Below are positions 48,301 through 62,685 of a stretch of 64,000 nt of DNA, one piece after another. Below the pieces are notes generated by a model. That model was not told the DNA's origin and searched no databases. It saw only the letters and a list, made by a program, of their open reading frames with translations. The stretch is from Leucoraja ocellata (Eukaryota), in contig JAWMAR010000276.1 in the NCBI GenBank assembly GCA_036785375.1, positions 1,922,001-1,986,000 of the forward strand. The letters are read 5' to 3'. The position numbers were made by a program, and so were the translations under genes. Numbering within the stretch: position 1 is the stretch's first letter; every line of letters begins with the position of its first letter.

Positions 48301-50646
48301 ATCACTTGAGGCCAGTCAGAAGATAATGTTTACTGAAACCTAACGTTACACCTACATCTAACTGTCCAGAATATTTCACATTCAGGTTTACATGCAGGTA
48401 CGTTTCTCACAGAGTTACAACCAAGAGTTCATCAACTCAAGGTGCGGACTGTGCTGCGGAGTAGACAACTGAAGATAGTTAGAGAACTTCCAACCATAAC
48501 CCACTAATACTCATTATTTGGTGGAAAAACATCTGAGAAAACACTGCACTAATTGTATTAGTATATAAGCAGACTAAATTTGGGGTGAAAGACAGGTCGA
48601 GGAATTCTGTTCTATTAAATGGAAAGAAAGGAGTGGATATAAACGAGCAAAAGAATTATTGAACGAGGTGTACAAAGTGTTGAAATGCAGAAGCTGAACA
48701 TGACTGGAAATAAATATGAATGGAAGCAAAGGAAATCTGGATTTTTTGCCAAACGGATGACAAGTGACTGAAAGAGTAGTGTGGGGAAACAGCAGTTTTC
48801 CTTTACAGGGCATCAGTACTTGTCCTGAGGAAACGTGGCTCAAGGAAAATTATTGATAAATTACTTACTTTCCCTTCTAATCCAGTGGTCTGGAATCCCC
48901 ATTCACATCAACAGGTCTCTGATCCTACCTCAGATTTAAACTGAATTAAGTTTGGAGAGGTGATTCCCCAGTAAGACAGTGGTTCACTGCTGGATACCTC
49001 ATAGTGGCACCATCTCTAACTCGACAAGTGTCAGACCTCAGTGTTCAGCAGCACGTGATTGAAATTTCAAGGCTGAAAGTTAGCAGTTCTAGCCAGCAAG
49101 TTTTGCCTCATTACAGGGAAATTTGAAGTTATCTACTTTAGTAGGAGTAAAAGGAGAGCAGAATTATTTTAAAATAACGAGAGAACAGGAAATTTGACGT
49201 ACACAGTAACCTGAATGCCCTGGACACAAATCACAAGCTAACATGCAGATACAATGAGTAAAAATGTAAATGTGATATTAGTCATTATTACAAATGGATT
49301 GAGTATAAGAGCAAGGAAATCACACAAAAATTAATAGCACCTTGGCAAGACCATACATGAAGTATATCTTTACGTTTGTGGGAGTGCAATAAAGATTTGT
49401 TAGACTGATTTATTGGGATGAGGGATTATTCTATGACAAGCGATTGCGTAGACAAGTCCCGCATTCCTTTACGACCCGAAAGATCGAAGGGCCTAATATG
49501 ATTATGTCTCATGTTTTTGGAATGTGGTATTTTGGGAACATTCAGAATGTTATTTATCCAGAGTTTCAGATGGGCTGTATTTGTGAATCTCTGAAGAGTC
49601 CACTAGAACACTGCAGAGGGCAGTTAAGAGTCAACTGCATTGGGCCGGAACAGGACGAGACTGGTTAGGGTGGAAGGCCTCCTTTCTAATGTACATTAGG
49701 TTTGTTCCTTTAAAGCATCTTAATGGTTACATTTAGTTCAAAACTTGCAATATTCAAAATATCTAATTTAAATTGCTATAATGCCATAAAACACTCATTC
49801 TTTCTAGATTTTGACGTATGTCTTTAGAAATCCAATACCATGCTTTAAATAAATATAGAGCTACCCAAACTAGCAAAATAAAGCTTATGTTTAATGGAAC
49901 TGAAAATGCTTTCTGGTTAAATGAAAATCATTAAGTTTGTCAAATTATACCAACATTTCATTCCCCATCAATATACTCTGCTGCAAAGGATAATATTATC
50001 AGGATTGGCTCATTCAGAGTTTGTGATGTCCCTGCTATGAGGGAAACAGGCTGCAACTAGCCTATCAGCTGTTGCTGCTCCAAAGCTCATTATCCTATAT
50101 TTTAAACTATGGCTGACAGTAGCTAGCCTGCAAAAGATTACCAGGCAACACAATCTGGAGATGAGTTGATTATAATAATTACTCCTCTGCTAATCATTTT
50201 TTAAAGCAGTTAAATCTGTCTCTCTTGATCACCTGTCTCCATTTGGAATTATTTTCAGATGTGCAGATGGATTTAAAAAAATCTGTCTTAATGCAATTGG
50301 CACATTTTTATTTTCAATTACTCTGCTATACAATCAGCCTTCATTCCTGTCATTTTAATTTAACAGTTCCATTACAGACATCACCGGACATGCTGTATTA
50401 AATTGATTGCAGTTTCAAAAGTTTAATTGTTGCTGCTCCTGTCCTTGATTTCCCTCACATTTTTCATGACGGTCTGAATATTCATCCTAACACTATCCAT
50501 AATTAAACGAATGGAATAAATACTGTATCTGGTTGTTAATAAATAGCACAAAACATTATTACTACAGTGAAAAATTCTTTAACCATATATGGGATATTTC
50601 TGAAAAGTCCGGGGAGCTCTTGTAGTGACACTAATTTTTTATTGTT

Positions 50647-50900
50647 AAACATAGAAACATAGAAAACAGGTGCTGGAGGAGGCCATTCGGCCCTTCGAGC
50701 CAGCACCACCATTCATTGTGATCATGGCTGATCGTCCCCTATCAATAACCTGTGCCTGCCTTCTCCCCATAACCCTTGACTCCACTAGCCCCCAGAGCTC
50801 TATCTAACTAACTTAAATCCATCCAGTGGTTTGGCCTCCACTGCCCTCTGTGGCAGGGAATTCCATAAATTCACAACTCTCTGGGTGAAAAAGTTGTTCT
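50647..50900 (-). mobile_element. CR1 3' end
   Basis: (CATAGAAA)n tail. Near-identical to 28120-28447 in reverse. Confidence 0.85.
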
Positions 50901-53900
50901 GGGGAAAATAACTCTCACCTCTAGATTTTTTGCCAACACTTTAAATCTGATTCCTCTGGCTATTGAGTCTACTGACAGTGGAAACGGTTTTTCCTTATTA
51001 AAAACAATTCATGCTTTTATCTGCCTGCATTAAATCTTCTCTTAACTGTACCCACTTTCTGAGAAACTCCATCTTCTCAATTCTCCTTATGTAAGAAAGT
51101 GTTTCCTTAAATTTCCCCAGAATCCTCTTTGCATGCTTCCTGTAATGTTGTGCCCACGAGTGGAAACCAACACTTCCACTAATCAGAAATGTATTAGTTT
51201 TAGCACTATTTCCTTGCTTTTGTATTCTTATGCCTCCAGAACACCAAAGAACCCTGGATGCACCTTTTTTTTTTTAACATCCTACCGTGTTTAAAAACTT
51301 ACGAGGCAAGAATGCAACCATTAGGTCAAGCTCATATAATTTGTTTGTATGGTGCTGGTTAATGGATATATTAATCTCAGACATGTTTCTTTTTACAGGA
51401 CAGGTTTAGAGAAATCGCACTAACATTCAGTATCTTCCCTTCCCTTTGTGGGCACTTCACTAGATCATGCACCTCTAACTTTGGTGATACCATCCAAACA
51501 TGGCACCTCTTATATTCAGCATTTTCAAAATGAACTAAATATCACAAGTTTGAATCTTTACCAATACTGATTTCTCGATCCAGTTTGTTGAACTCAAGGG
51601 CTTTCTGTTGCTTGCTGCCCATGGAACTGCGGCAGACAGCGGTCAACTGGGAAGCGGCAACCTTTACAGGAACGTACAAGGCCACTGTGAATTGCAAAAT
51701 GAGAGGGGAATATGATGGAAACGGCACTGACACATGCAAAATGAGGCCAGCACCACTAGCAGAAGCACCCTGACTTTATCTCTTGCTGCGCCCCTAGCTA
51801 CCAAAGCCCTAACCTCTGGAGTTTCCTCTCTAAACTTTTCTGCACTAATGATATTACCCTTTAATTTAAGCTATCAGCCATCCTAATTATGTCCTATGTG
51901 AATCATACTTTGCTTGTAACACCGTAACAGTATAATGCTTTGCCATGTTTTACTAATTTAAAGAGCCTATATAAATGCAAGTTGTTGATGCCTTCCAGAT
52001 AGATCATCACTCTAGCTTCCTTGCAAAACCTACGTACCTCAAGGACATTCTACAATGGGTCAGGTATTACCAGTTTATGCTTTGCCACCAATGACCAGGT
52101 ATACTTTCTTCAGAAAGCTTGCTTTTTAAACAACGGGCAATTCTTTGCAGACATACCACCCAAACAGCCATGTGATATGTGCTAGCCCACAGAATGAATA
52201 CACCAATTACTCAGTGTGGAAGCAGGCCAAATCAAGAATACATTCCAACAGGGAACTTGACAAGTGGGACTGTCAGGTTATCCATCAGGGTCAAGAAGCT
52301 TTGTTAAATTGCCTTCTTATATGAGGAAGACCAGGCTTATGGTAACACTGTTACCGTCATACTGGCTTGACACTAGGTAATTCAGCAAAAAATAGGAATC
52401 AAACCCCAAACCGTCTTGGCTCGATTCTACACTGGATAAACTCACAGCCCCTTGTAAGATTTTTGGAATATGCTTTTAAAAAAAACCCCTCAAAAGTAAA
52501 ATTTGTTTAATTCCACAGCAACTGAGCTCAGGAAAAAAAAACAAAAAACGGGAGGCCAGGGTAGGGCCTCTACCGTGTGGGACAAAGAGGTGATCTGTTC
52601 TGCAGCTCTGCTGCTGGTGATTACAGGCTGCAGATTAATGTGGTCATGTGAGATACTTAGAACAAGGCAAGCTGTCAGGAGCTGCTGCGGTCAGCGTGAG
52701 CTATCGATGCAAAGCTGAGTAAAGATCGGAGGTATAGAATGGGCAGATTCATCTATTTTCGATGTCTTTAAGCTGCCAAAGAGCAGTTCATATGTTCCAG
52801 TCATTTATCCCTTCCTCATTCAATTTTTAAGAATTTTAATTGACATTTGATGTGCCCAGGTTGTTCTACTCATCTCAATGTTTCCTATTCTTTTTCACTT
52901 GACCAATGTACTGCACTGTACACTTTAATCTGAACCTTCCCAGTGACAACTCTAGCACAGAGACACACAAGCACACTGTAAGTGCTTATCTGTGCCCAAG
53001 TGACAAATATGGCATCTAATATTATTTTCCCCATAGTTCTGGCCTAGGAGCAATTTAACCATACACTCTACTTAAACACTTCAACTATCCTTCCACATGA
53101 AAAGGCCAGTCAAAGCTTCAACAAAGTCCGTGCTGGAATTGACATTAGATCTATGCTTACTCGTCTGCAAAACAGGGAAATGTAGCAACTGGGGGAAAAA
53201 AAAAACACCAATATGATCTGGGTCTTAGTCTAAATAACAGCAGCGAAAATTGTAAGTATAAACCTGTGTCAAATGGGTCCAATATTGTGTCAAATCAAGA
53301 GATGTATAATAGAGGATGTACAATTGCTTAAACATATGGAATAAATGGGATAGGATGTTGATTTACTGTTCGAAACGCTGTACTAGATTGAAGTTTGTGA
53401 ATTTCAACCCTAAAGAAAAAATGGTCCTGTATCAGTAGTATATATAAAAAAATACCTGCAGAGATGGGAGTATACAAGAAAGTAACACATGCAATTCATG
53501 CATAGCCAAGCTTGGAACATATACACATACTCATGTCATGCAAAGCAAGGTGATTTTTAAGAGCAGTAAAATCAAATACAACTGTGTGAATTCAGAGTAA
53601 ATTGAATCAAAGAAGGTTTATGACACAGGAAGTGGCCATTTGGCCCATGCATATTAAAAAGGAGCCAAGCCTCACTTTCCTGCGCATGATCCAGAATCCT
53701 TGTAGGTCACACCTCTTCCAAGTACACATCAACGTGCCTTTCAAATGCAATCAGGTGCTTCTACCAGATCCTTATCACTTTCCAAGTGACAATGATTAAA
53801 GCTTCTATTGATGACTTTTAATCTACATCGCCAGGCAGCCTGACCTCTCTTCTAAGGAAAAGAGGTCCATCTTATTTTACTGTAAACAGGCCATTCATAA

Positions 53901-53906
53901 TATAAC

Positions 53907-54260
53907 TCACTGACCGACAGTTATCTGGACAACACCTCTTCCCACCCTGCCTCTTGCAAAGACGCTATCCCCATCTCTCAATTTCTCCCGTCTCCTCCGC
54001 ATGTGCTCCCAAGATGAGACTTTCCATTCTAGGACATCCAAGATGTCCTCTTTCTTTAGTAAACATAGCTTCCATCCTGCTGTCATAGATGGATCGTTCA
54101 CCGATGTCTCTTCCATGTCCCATAGTTCTGCTCCCGCTTCCCTCCATCCAGAGGGAATGAGGACAGCATTCCAAAGAAAACAATCCTGCATCCTGATAGC
54201 CACAATTTTCCGAGTTCCGACAACATCCTCCCAAAGCTCCACAGTCCACAGCACCCTACC
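53907..54260 (+). mobile_element. Penelope-like element internal fragment (degenerate)
   Basis: Frameshifted SHPASCKDAIP.SQFLRLLRMCSQDETFHSRTSKMSSFF motif, typical of the PLE post-RT region. Confidence 0.7.
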
Positions 54261-57200
54261 CAGGACTCTTACTTTAAATAGTTCATTAAATCCTCTCTCA
54301 ACCATCTGTGCTCTGGGGAAAACAGCATCAGCTTAACCAATATTTTGATATAATTAATACTTAGTTCCTTGTGCCTAGACCATCCGTATCTTCTTGCAGT
54401 CAACGCTTTCCTCATCATTGCCAATTACTGGACGTTTTTTTACAACACCTGCAATTTCTTTATCATACTCCCTACATTCAGATCAAAAATCAATCAGGAT
54501 TATTATAAAAATGCAAGGGACTAAAGTGCTAAGCCCTCTGGAACTCCTTGGCAGAAACCATCCCGTCATAAAATCACATATCAATCATTATCTTCTGCTA
54601 TCTGACACAAATACAGAAAGATGGATCCAGTGGATCCAATCCACATTCTCTTGGATTATATTAAAAAATTGAGAAATTATAAATGCCAGTAGATATCAGG
54701 CTCAATTCTTGAGCTAATTGTGGACAATTTTACTGGAACAGAGCTGGGTGTGGGATTCAGAGATTATATTCTGATTAGTAAATAATAGAAGAAATCTCTT
54801 GAACGCTTTACCAATTGCAATTCTCCAAAATTGCTGAATAATAGAGATGAGAACTTTTCCCTCCAACAGCAAGTTATTATAATAATTTTGCTGTCTGATA
54901 GGGTGATCCTGGCAAATTCAATGGTAACTTCATAAAAGTACTGAATAAAATCTTAAAGAGGAGGATTTTGAAAATAGAGAAAGATGAGAGAAGAGTCATT
55001 CACCAGACATCACATACGAAGTGCTGGCACAGAGACAATGAGATAAATATCTACCAAATGTGTTGCAAGATTCCATGAATGCACTTTCTTCTAGCCTACA
55101 CAATTCTGTTCTCTGTAGCTGAAATGAAGCTCATGACTTCCTTTTCTAGCTTAAGTCTTTCTTTCCTGAGGCCTGAAAACAGAGGAAACCCTTTTTGCCT
55201 CTCAGTATCCTTGTTTTCAAATAATGAAGTTTATTTTTAAAATCCAAACTCAAAAATCTGATGACATTTAGGTGCAAAAGAGAAACGTCACTCATGGACT
55301 GTCCTGTCTTTCATTCAGTAAAAACATACAGCTGGCGCAACATTGTGAAATGCTGTGGCTTCCTGAATAATGCAGGGTGAATGCAGAGGATCTATATGTG
55401 GTTGTCACCAGGACTGGAAGATTTTAGTGCTAAGAAAATATTAGAAAAATTAAGATGGTCTTCTTTAGCTGAGTTATGTAAAAATCTCTTGGGTCCATAC
55501 TAACAAGGATGCATTTTTGGCAGAGGAGCCAAAAACTAGAGGAGTCAGATTTAAAGGAATGGAGCGGAAGAAGATTGGAGGGAAGATGATGAATGCCGAG
55601 TTGGATGATCAGCCATGATCATATCGAATGGCGGTGCAGGCTCGAAGGGCCGAATGGCCTACTCCTGCACCTATTTTCTATGTTTCTATGTCTACGATGA
55701 CGTTGTTTCTTCAGTCAGAAGACAGTATGTGTAACTTACTTTCTGTAATAGTAGAAGCAGAACACTTATCATATCTATAAAAAGTACTTGGATACGTCCT
55801 TGAAGAGCTCTTTCTTGTTTGGTAAGATGAATAACTCCTTGCAGCATGATTCCATAATGTTGGTCTCAAAGTTGCTGTTTACTGTTCTCGACCAAAAATC
55901 ACCTCCCCTCATTCTTATCTCATACGAATGATGCCTCACAAAGTCTTTACTTAACTCCTAAGAAGCCATGCCTTATGCTGAGAAACATTGTCATTCACAT
56001 GATTTTTTTGTATAGTAGTACACACTGTTAAACTGCTGAGAGGCTTCCTATCTTAAATAGCTATGCAAAACCATTTCTCCCTCTCATTTGTCATTTGTTT
56101 GTGTGTCAATGCTGCACGCTCATTGGCATTTTTTCCTTTCTTCCTAATGTGTTTTCAGTTTTGGTCTCACCATATTTTAAGAGTCTCAGGCAAATAGTCA
56201 TCGCACACCCATTTAACGGCGATGACATAATGTAGTCTGTATGCTGGCCCTAGAAAGCCTGTTGGACTGCAATGACCTTGAAAGATTGTTCTGGCAGAAG
56301 CAGCTAGTACTGAAATTGGAAGCTGCCCTCACCCCAATAGTATCAAATTCAATTGATTTAAAAAAAAAAAATGAGGAAATTGAAAAAAAAGTGTGAAACT
56401 GGGAGCAAGGAATAGGCAATGGAGAAAACAGTTCATTCTGAATGCTTTCCAAGCGTAGAAAAATAATCAACCTTGCACAACATAGTAACATATAGAAATA
56501 GGGAGCCACCATTTTGGAACTGTAGAATCATAGCCCAGGCAATGGATTGAAACAAAGGTTTCAATGGATTGCAAAGAAAGGTGGGCAGAGAAAAATTGAG
56601 AGTTGGATGCAAAGAGCATGGAGCCTTAAAGATGAGTGAAGTGGCAAAAACGTGGCAAGAGGGAATATAATGTGGGAAAATGTGAAACTACATGAACGCA
56701 GAATGTTGTTTAAACGGAGAGAGACTTCAGAATGCTGCAGTTTAGAAGGATCCTCATGCCTTATTGACAAAACAAAGGAAGTTTGCATGCAGGTACATCA
56801 ATTAGTTAACAGAATGTTGACTTTCACTGCAAAGAAGATGGAGTATTACAAGATTTGAAACTTGGGAATGAAGGGCTTGTCTTCTGGGGACAGGTTGAGG
56901 ACAGAGATATGAAATATATAGGATTCTAAAGGGCCTTGACAAGATCAAAGCTCAGAGGCAACCAGAACAAGGGGGCACAATTTCAGAAGGCATTTAAGAT
57001 TCAGATGGGAAGGATTTTTTTCTTCTTCCGAGGCCCAAGAATCTTCACAAAAAGTGACACATATATTTGTACATCTTGGGATATGGGAGGAAAACTAAGC
57101 ATCCATGAAAAGCCAACATGGTTACAGGGAAACGGTGCAAACTCCACACGGTTAACAGGAGAGGTTAGGATCAAACCTAAGTCACCAGAACTGCCCGGAA

Positions 57201-57927
57201 GTATCATTACCTGCCGTGCTCTGAGCTATCACGGTGACAAGATCATTCTCGGGTAAATGCTTCGGGATTTATTATTCTCTGGCTTTGATCTACAGAGTGC
57301 TGGTGGCTATGGGAAGGGCTCAAAAGTGGAGATGAGACCAGGGTCAGATCACCCTTGATCTTACTCAATGACCAACGGGTTCAAGTACCCACATGGGATA
57401 CCCTGCTCCTGCTACTCGTTTTAAACAAGACGTTAGCACCTGTGGAATCACACACCACCTGTAGTAACATGCACTGTCATGGAGCTATCATCACTATTGC
57501 TGCCTTCCTGCTGTGGTGTGATTCCACAGGCACTGACACCCTGTTGACATGGATTTCCATTGGTGATAGTATGTTTCCATGGTTGCTGGCTCCCTGCTGG
57601 TGTCTGCTTATTAGATTTTGACAAAGAATATGTTGTTCAACACAAACCTGTCTTTTCTTACCCCCTCAAATGCCCAATCTATTGTTCCAAGTATATAACT
57701 GCTTAGTGTACCACAGGGAGCAACTTGAGATTCATCAGCAGGCATACAAGCCAAAATCTGTTTCAACTTGAGACTACAACCGGTAATGAAAGCACGTAAT
57801 AATATTTTTAAATGTGAGATTCCCTTAATAACAACCATCGCCTCTTAAACCGTTGCAAATTCAAGGCAGATCAACAAGCGGAAAAAGAGAGAGAAGAGAG
57901 GGAGATGTCAAAATGGCCAGATATATA

Positions 57928-57928
<1 letters not shown>

Positions 57929-57965
<37 letters not shown>
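57929..57965. repeat. (AC)n microsatellite
   Basis: Perfect AC repeat. Confidence 0.95.
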
Positions 57966-57970
<5 letters not shown>

Positions 57971-58046
57971 GACATTGAATTCACATCTTGAAAGATTCCA
58001 GAATTTAGCATTAAAAAGTCAATATATCCTGCATGTCATAGTTAGA

Positions 58047-58131
58047 AGGTACACAAAAATGCTGGAGAAACTCAGCGGGTGCAGCAGCATCTATGGAGCA
58101 AAGGAAATAGGCAACATTTTGGGCCGAAACC
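58047..58131 (-). mobile_element. Penelope-derived mini-element
   Basis: AGGTACACAAAAATGCTGGAGAAACTCAGCGGG..., with TSD TCATAGTTAGA. Confidence 0.7.
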
Positions 58132-59240
58132 TCATAGTTAGATTTCTTGAGCAGATTTATTTTTCAATAACGTGCACATTCTTCCAGCCATTGCCTGGAA
58201 TCACAGAGTGCATTTGCTTCTCAGGGCTAGGCAAAACTGCCCGTGACAGCTGTTCTGCTTAGTCTGGTGACCGATAATGGATTGCATCAAAGCTCTTTAA
58301 AACCGCTCAGGAGAGACAACTATTTTTGGATGGAATAATTCTGAGGGAGGGGGAGGAAGATGAGGTTAAGAAAAATAACTCATTGTTTCCTCACTGATAG
58401 ATACTATATTTCTTCAATTACGTTCAAGTAACTAAAAGCACATGACACCACACAATACTATTATCTGGAGGATGGGTAGGTGATTGCCTAATCTCACAGC
58501 AACATAGATGTGAAAAAGGAGATTAAATTGTGTTGTTCATGCAGCTGCATAAAAGGAGAACAAGGGATGTTGTGAGAAGCTTGTAAAACATTTATAAAAG
58601 AATCACAGAGCTGAGTCGCACTGAAGTGGAAGTGACAAACCAGCATTTGCCCAGACGTTCTTACATGCCCTTAATAAAACATTAAATACAGTGACTGCTA
58701 ATGATATCGTGGTGCTGGTACACACTACAGAACAGTTGCTGCGCTCAATTACATAATTTATACTGCATCTCGTAATGCAATTCCAAGTGAAAAAATTGAC
58801 AAGAACTGTTTCTATATGACAAAATGCTGTATAATGGAAGGCAGCATTGCTTTGGAGGAACACATATACAAAAGTTCCCACTATTCTGTGCCATCTCCCT
58901 CTCGCAGGTGTAAAGATAAATATGATTAAGGCAGTCTCTTGGGAAATCTCCACTGCTAATTTGATGAGTTTGCAAGTCATTGCAACCAACTTTTAAGGCA
59001 AGTGTTCCAGATCCTAAATCAATGTACTTCCACAAGAGTCAAATAATGTAGCTCAGAATTTCAGCGATGTTGATATCCACGAACATTAATCAAGCAGATT
59101 TATTTTAGATCCACTAATGAGAGAATGAAAGGTTACAGGGGTTTAACAAACTCATTCTTTCATCTCTGGGGTCCTCAAGTGCTGGCTAGATTAATGTATT
59201 GTTAAATTGGTTTGAACCAAACCAATTTTAAATGCATGCA

Positions 59241-59675
59241 TGTTTAAGAAGGAACTGCAGATGCTGGAAAACCAAACAAGTCCACTCAGTTTGCAATAAC
59301 CAACCTGATCTCCCGGTGGCTCACGACTTCAACTCCCCCTCCCATTCTGAATCCGACCTTTCTGTCCTGGGCCTCCTCCATGGCCTGAGTGAGGACCACC
59401 ATAAATTGGAGGAGCAGCACCTCATATTTCGCTTGGGCAGTTTGCACCCCAGCAGTATGAACATTGACTTCTCTAATTTCAGGTAGTCCTTACTTTCTCC
59501 TCCCCTTCTCAGCTCTCCCTCAGCCCTTGGCTCCACCTCTTCCTTTCTTCCTCCAGCCCCTCCTCCCCCCCCTCACATCAGTCTGAAGAAGGGTTTCTAC
59601 CCGAAACATTGCCTATTTCCTTCGCTCCATAGATGCTGCCTCACCCACTGAGTTTCTTCAGCATTTTTGTCTACC
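59241..59675 (+). mobile_element. Penelope-like element 3' part (GIY-YIG endonuclease C-terminus, 3' UTR, hammerhead core) with short inverted terminus
   Basis: Peptide ...PVAHDFNSPSHSESDLSVLGLL...LEEQHLIFRLGSLHPSSMNIDFSNFR*. CTGAAGAAGGGTTTCTACCCGAAAC at ~59583. Flanking duplication TTTAAATG(C/T)ATGCA. Confidence 0.85.
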
Positions 59676-61503
59676 TTTAAATGTATGCAAACTGGCATAT
59701 CTTGGAACCTCTGCCTAAGCCAGAGGGTGCGGATAAAGCAAAAGACTCATATTGATATATTTCTGATATTTTCATTGAGGTAGATTTCTTGGACAATATT
59801 AGACCAGATCATGGAAGATAGTGGAAAATACTCTATTCCATAGTATTAATTCCATTAAGCACCACAATAAATCTTATACTAAAACAAGGTTTTGCACCTA
59901 TCATAATAATTCCTAGAAGCCAACTCCTAGACTGAATTAGAAGCTTAAATGACTCAATAGTTCCAATCCTTCTTTCCTCTTCCAGCTCAAACTCATGGAG
60001 TCAAATTCTAGAAGCACTTATCTTTATTGAACCTAGTGCACTTCATTCATTAATTATGGCTGATTAAAGTGCCAGACACACTTGAACATATGTGTGTGTT
60101 GAAATGTTGAGGAGTTTTTATGAATTAAGTTTACATCACATCATGACGATATGGTCATAAAACTTTAATGACAGCTTGTTGTCATTAAATATTTATTCCG
60201 GTAATGCTTCAGACATCAGTTCAGGACCAATAGGTCCTGGATTGCCTGGAGAGTGGAAGTAACAGTCTCCAATATTTGTGCAGTTAAATTTACAGCAGAA
60301 ATAGATACCGCATTTTGATTTATTTAGACAACTGAAAATCCACTCAATTCAATCCAAATCTTTACGTTTGTTAATCTCCTGTGCCAGATGGATGAGCAAT
60401 ATATAATAAACTAAAATTCTTGATAAAAGAAGTCACTTAACAGGACCTAGAAAGCAAACATTGAACAACCTTTTGTTATGTCTAGGCAGAAGGACTGGAG
60501 AAACCAATTGTAGGAGAGACTTCAATATGTAGTTGACTAGCAATTGCCATTTGTTTGGAATGGTGGTTAAGGATTGGCCATAATGTTCATAGAAGAATAG
60601 ATGTTGTACAGCAAACAGTTTGATATTGCTAATTTGAACGGGGGCACACTTTAGCCATGTAACCATGGAAGAAAATATAAATCCCATAGCGATTAATTTT
60701 AATCATTGGACAGGGCACCTCAAAAAGCCAAAAATAGATTTAAGATTTGGATTTAGCGTCTTTCACTCTACAGCCAATGAAGTACATCTGAAGCACAGTT
60801 ACAGTTACAATTATGTAGAGGAACATCCATATTGACCCCCAGCTGGAATCCACACTAGGAGCTTTTTGGCTTAAGTAGCTGAACTTCTTTAGTCAATTTT
60901 AGTTTCTAAGCTGCTCACAGTTATTCATTGCATTGGAGCATAACAGCAGTCACTATAATCTTAAAACAATTTATTGGATCTGAAGCACTTTCCAGTATCA
61001 GCAAGAAGCAATGGATTTAAATATTTTATTTCTACGTTATTCTTAGTCTGCAATCTTGGGTATAATGTCGTGCTCACCTAACTTGGCAGAAATAAAATTC
61101 TACAGATGCTGTAAAGAATTTTATTTAGAAATTTAAAAAATCAACTTGCATTTCTTTTGCACTCTGCAAAAGAACAAAGGCAAGAAAGGGAGGGAAAGCA
61201 GGCAAAAGCATTGCAAAGAAAATGGTCTTGATGAGGACATAAGACATGGAGATGTTAAGAGTTCGAGAAAATGAAGAATAAAATGCTGAAAGAGCAAATG
61301 ATACTGTGAAGCAGAAGAGGTAAAGAACATATACTGGTGTTGGGAGACTGAATGTGGCCTGTGGAAATGTGGCTATATGAGAGAGGGAGGGACAAAATCC
61401 TATCTATTGATACTAAACATCAATGGTAGTAAGACTGGTGTAACTTCAAACCTAACCACAGTCTAAATTATACTTTTGCAATTAAAATAAAAGCAGTTCT
61501 TAC

Positions 61504-61628
61504 CATTAGCATCCTGAACCCCAGTCAGCGCACCAACAGCTGCAGCGGTCTCTCCCGACAGCACAATCTGACCTCCGCCCTGAAGAGTGGCTTCTGCAAG
61601 CGTGGCGACAGCATGAGCAGCAGCCTCA
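61504..61628 (-). CDS. NRF1: NRF1 (nuclear respiratory factor 1) penultimate coding exon, 125 nt
   Basis: Translates to EAAAHAVATLAEATLQGGGQIVLSGETAAAVGALTGVQDAN(G), which matches the vertebrate NRF1 C-terminal region as I recall it. Acceptor tttcctttctctgttacag and donor G|gtaaga. Phase is compatible with the terminal exon. Confidence 0.97.
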
Positions 61629-62316
61629 CTGTAACAGAGAAAGGAAAAACGTATTGGGTTCAAGATGGGCTTCTTGATGCTGCCAACCGACAGCACAAGT
61701 AAAACATACTTGCATAAATACAAATAAGTACATTTCCACATATAGAAGCACATAGCAAATGCAGTGGTCAACTGCCCATTCATAAATGCTGTCTTGTTAA
61801 AAAAGGAATCGGATAGATACTTGATATGGTGGAGGGAGTGGCATAAAGATGGTGGCTGTTTTCTAAGTTATTATTATATGCTGCACTCTCCATAGTGCAG
61901 TCCAGCTCACAAGTTGCTGCATAAAATTCTCTCATCTTCTTCAGTTAATTTACCAAATATTTTAAATCTGCCTGGCCAATAGTAACAGTTTGATGCCTTT
62001 TCATTTACCCAAATCTCTATCATTTGAGCACCTTCACTAAGTTGCATCTTAAGCAAGGGAACTCCCCCACCCCCAATCCCAAGGAGGCATATCAAAATCA
62101 AGATGACATACATTTAAGGTGAGAATGGGAAAATTTGAAGGAAATTTACATGGTTAGTTTTTTTTAAAACAGTGAATGGTAGTGCTCAGAACTTAGGGGA
62201 GGTGATGAAAGGAGATGTAGCAACATTTGAGAGGCATGTGGACAGGCACATGGACAGGCGATGAGAGATATAGACAATGAGAAGGCAGAGTGCAAGTAGT
62301 TTAAATTGGCACCATG

Positions 62317-62685
62317 TTGTAGGAAGGAACTGCAGGTGCTGGTTTAAACCGTAGGTAGACACAAAATGTTGGAGTAACTCAGCGGGACAATAATCTCTGA
62401 TATAGAAGGAATGGGTGGCGTTTCGGGTCAAGAAACCTCTTCAGACTGAGTCGGGGGAGAGGGAGATAGAGATAAGGAAGTGTAAGGTGTAAAAACAAGA
62501 CAAAGGAGATGGAGTTCATGGAAAATGTAGAATAGATCATTGTTAGCTAGGAGAAGGTAACAACAAAGCAAAGAGAGATAAAATGTTAATGAGGAGTCAG
62601 ACTAGTCGGAGAACTGGGAAGGGAGGAGGGGTGGGGAATAAGGGAAGGCAAGGGTTGCAAAGTCAGATAAGTCAATATTCAAAAG
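62317..62685 (-). mobile_element. Penelope-like element 3' end
   Basis: Reverse complement of the same terminus (GGAAGGAACTGCAG...TGGAGTAACTCAGCGGGAC...TTTCGGGTC...TCTTCAGAC), followed by a purine-rich UTR. Confidence 0.75.

Noticed and set aside
52280-53110. Possible ancient SINE remnants (Deu/LF-SINE-like; also ~23510-23830 and ~19060-19130)
   Set aside because: Too degenerate to assign by eye; a Dfam HMM search is needed.
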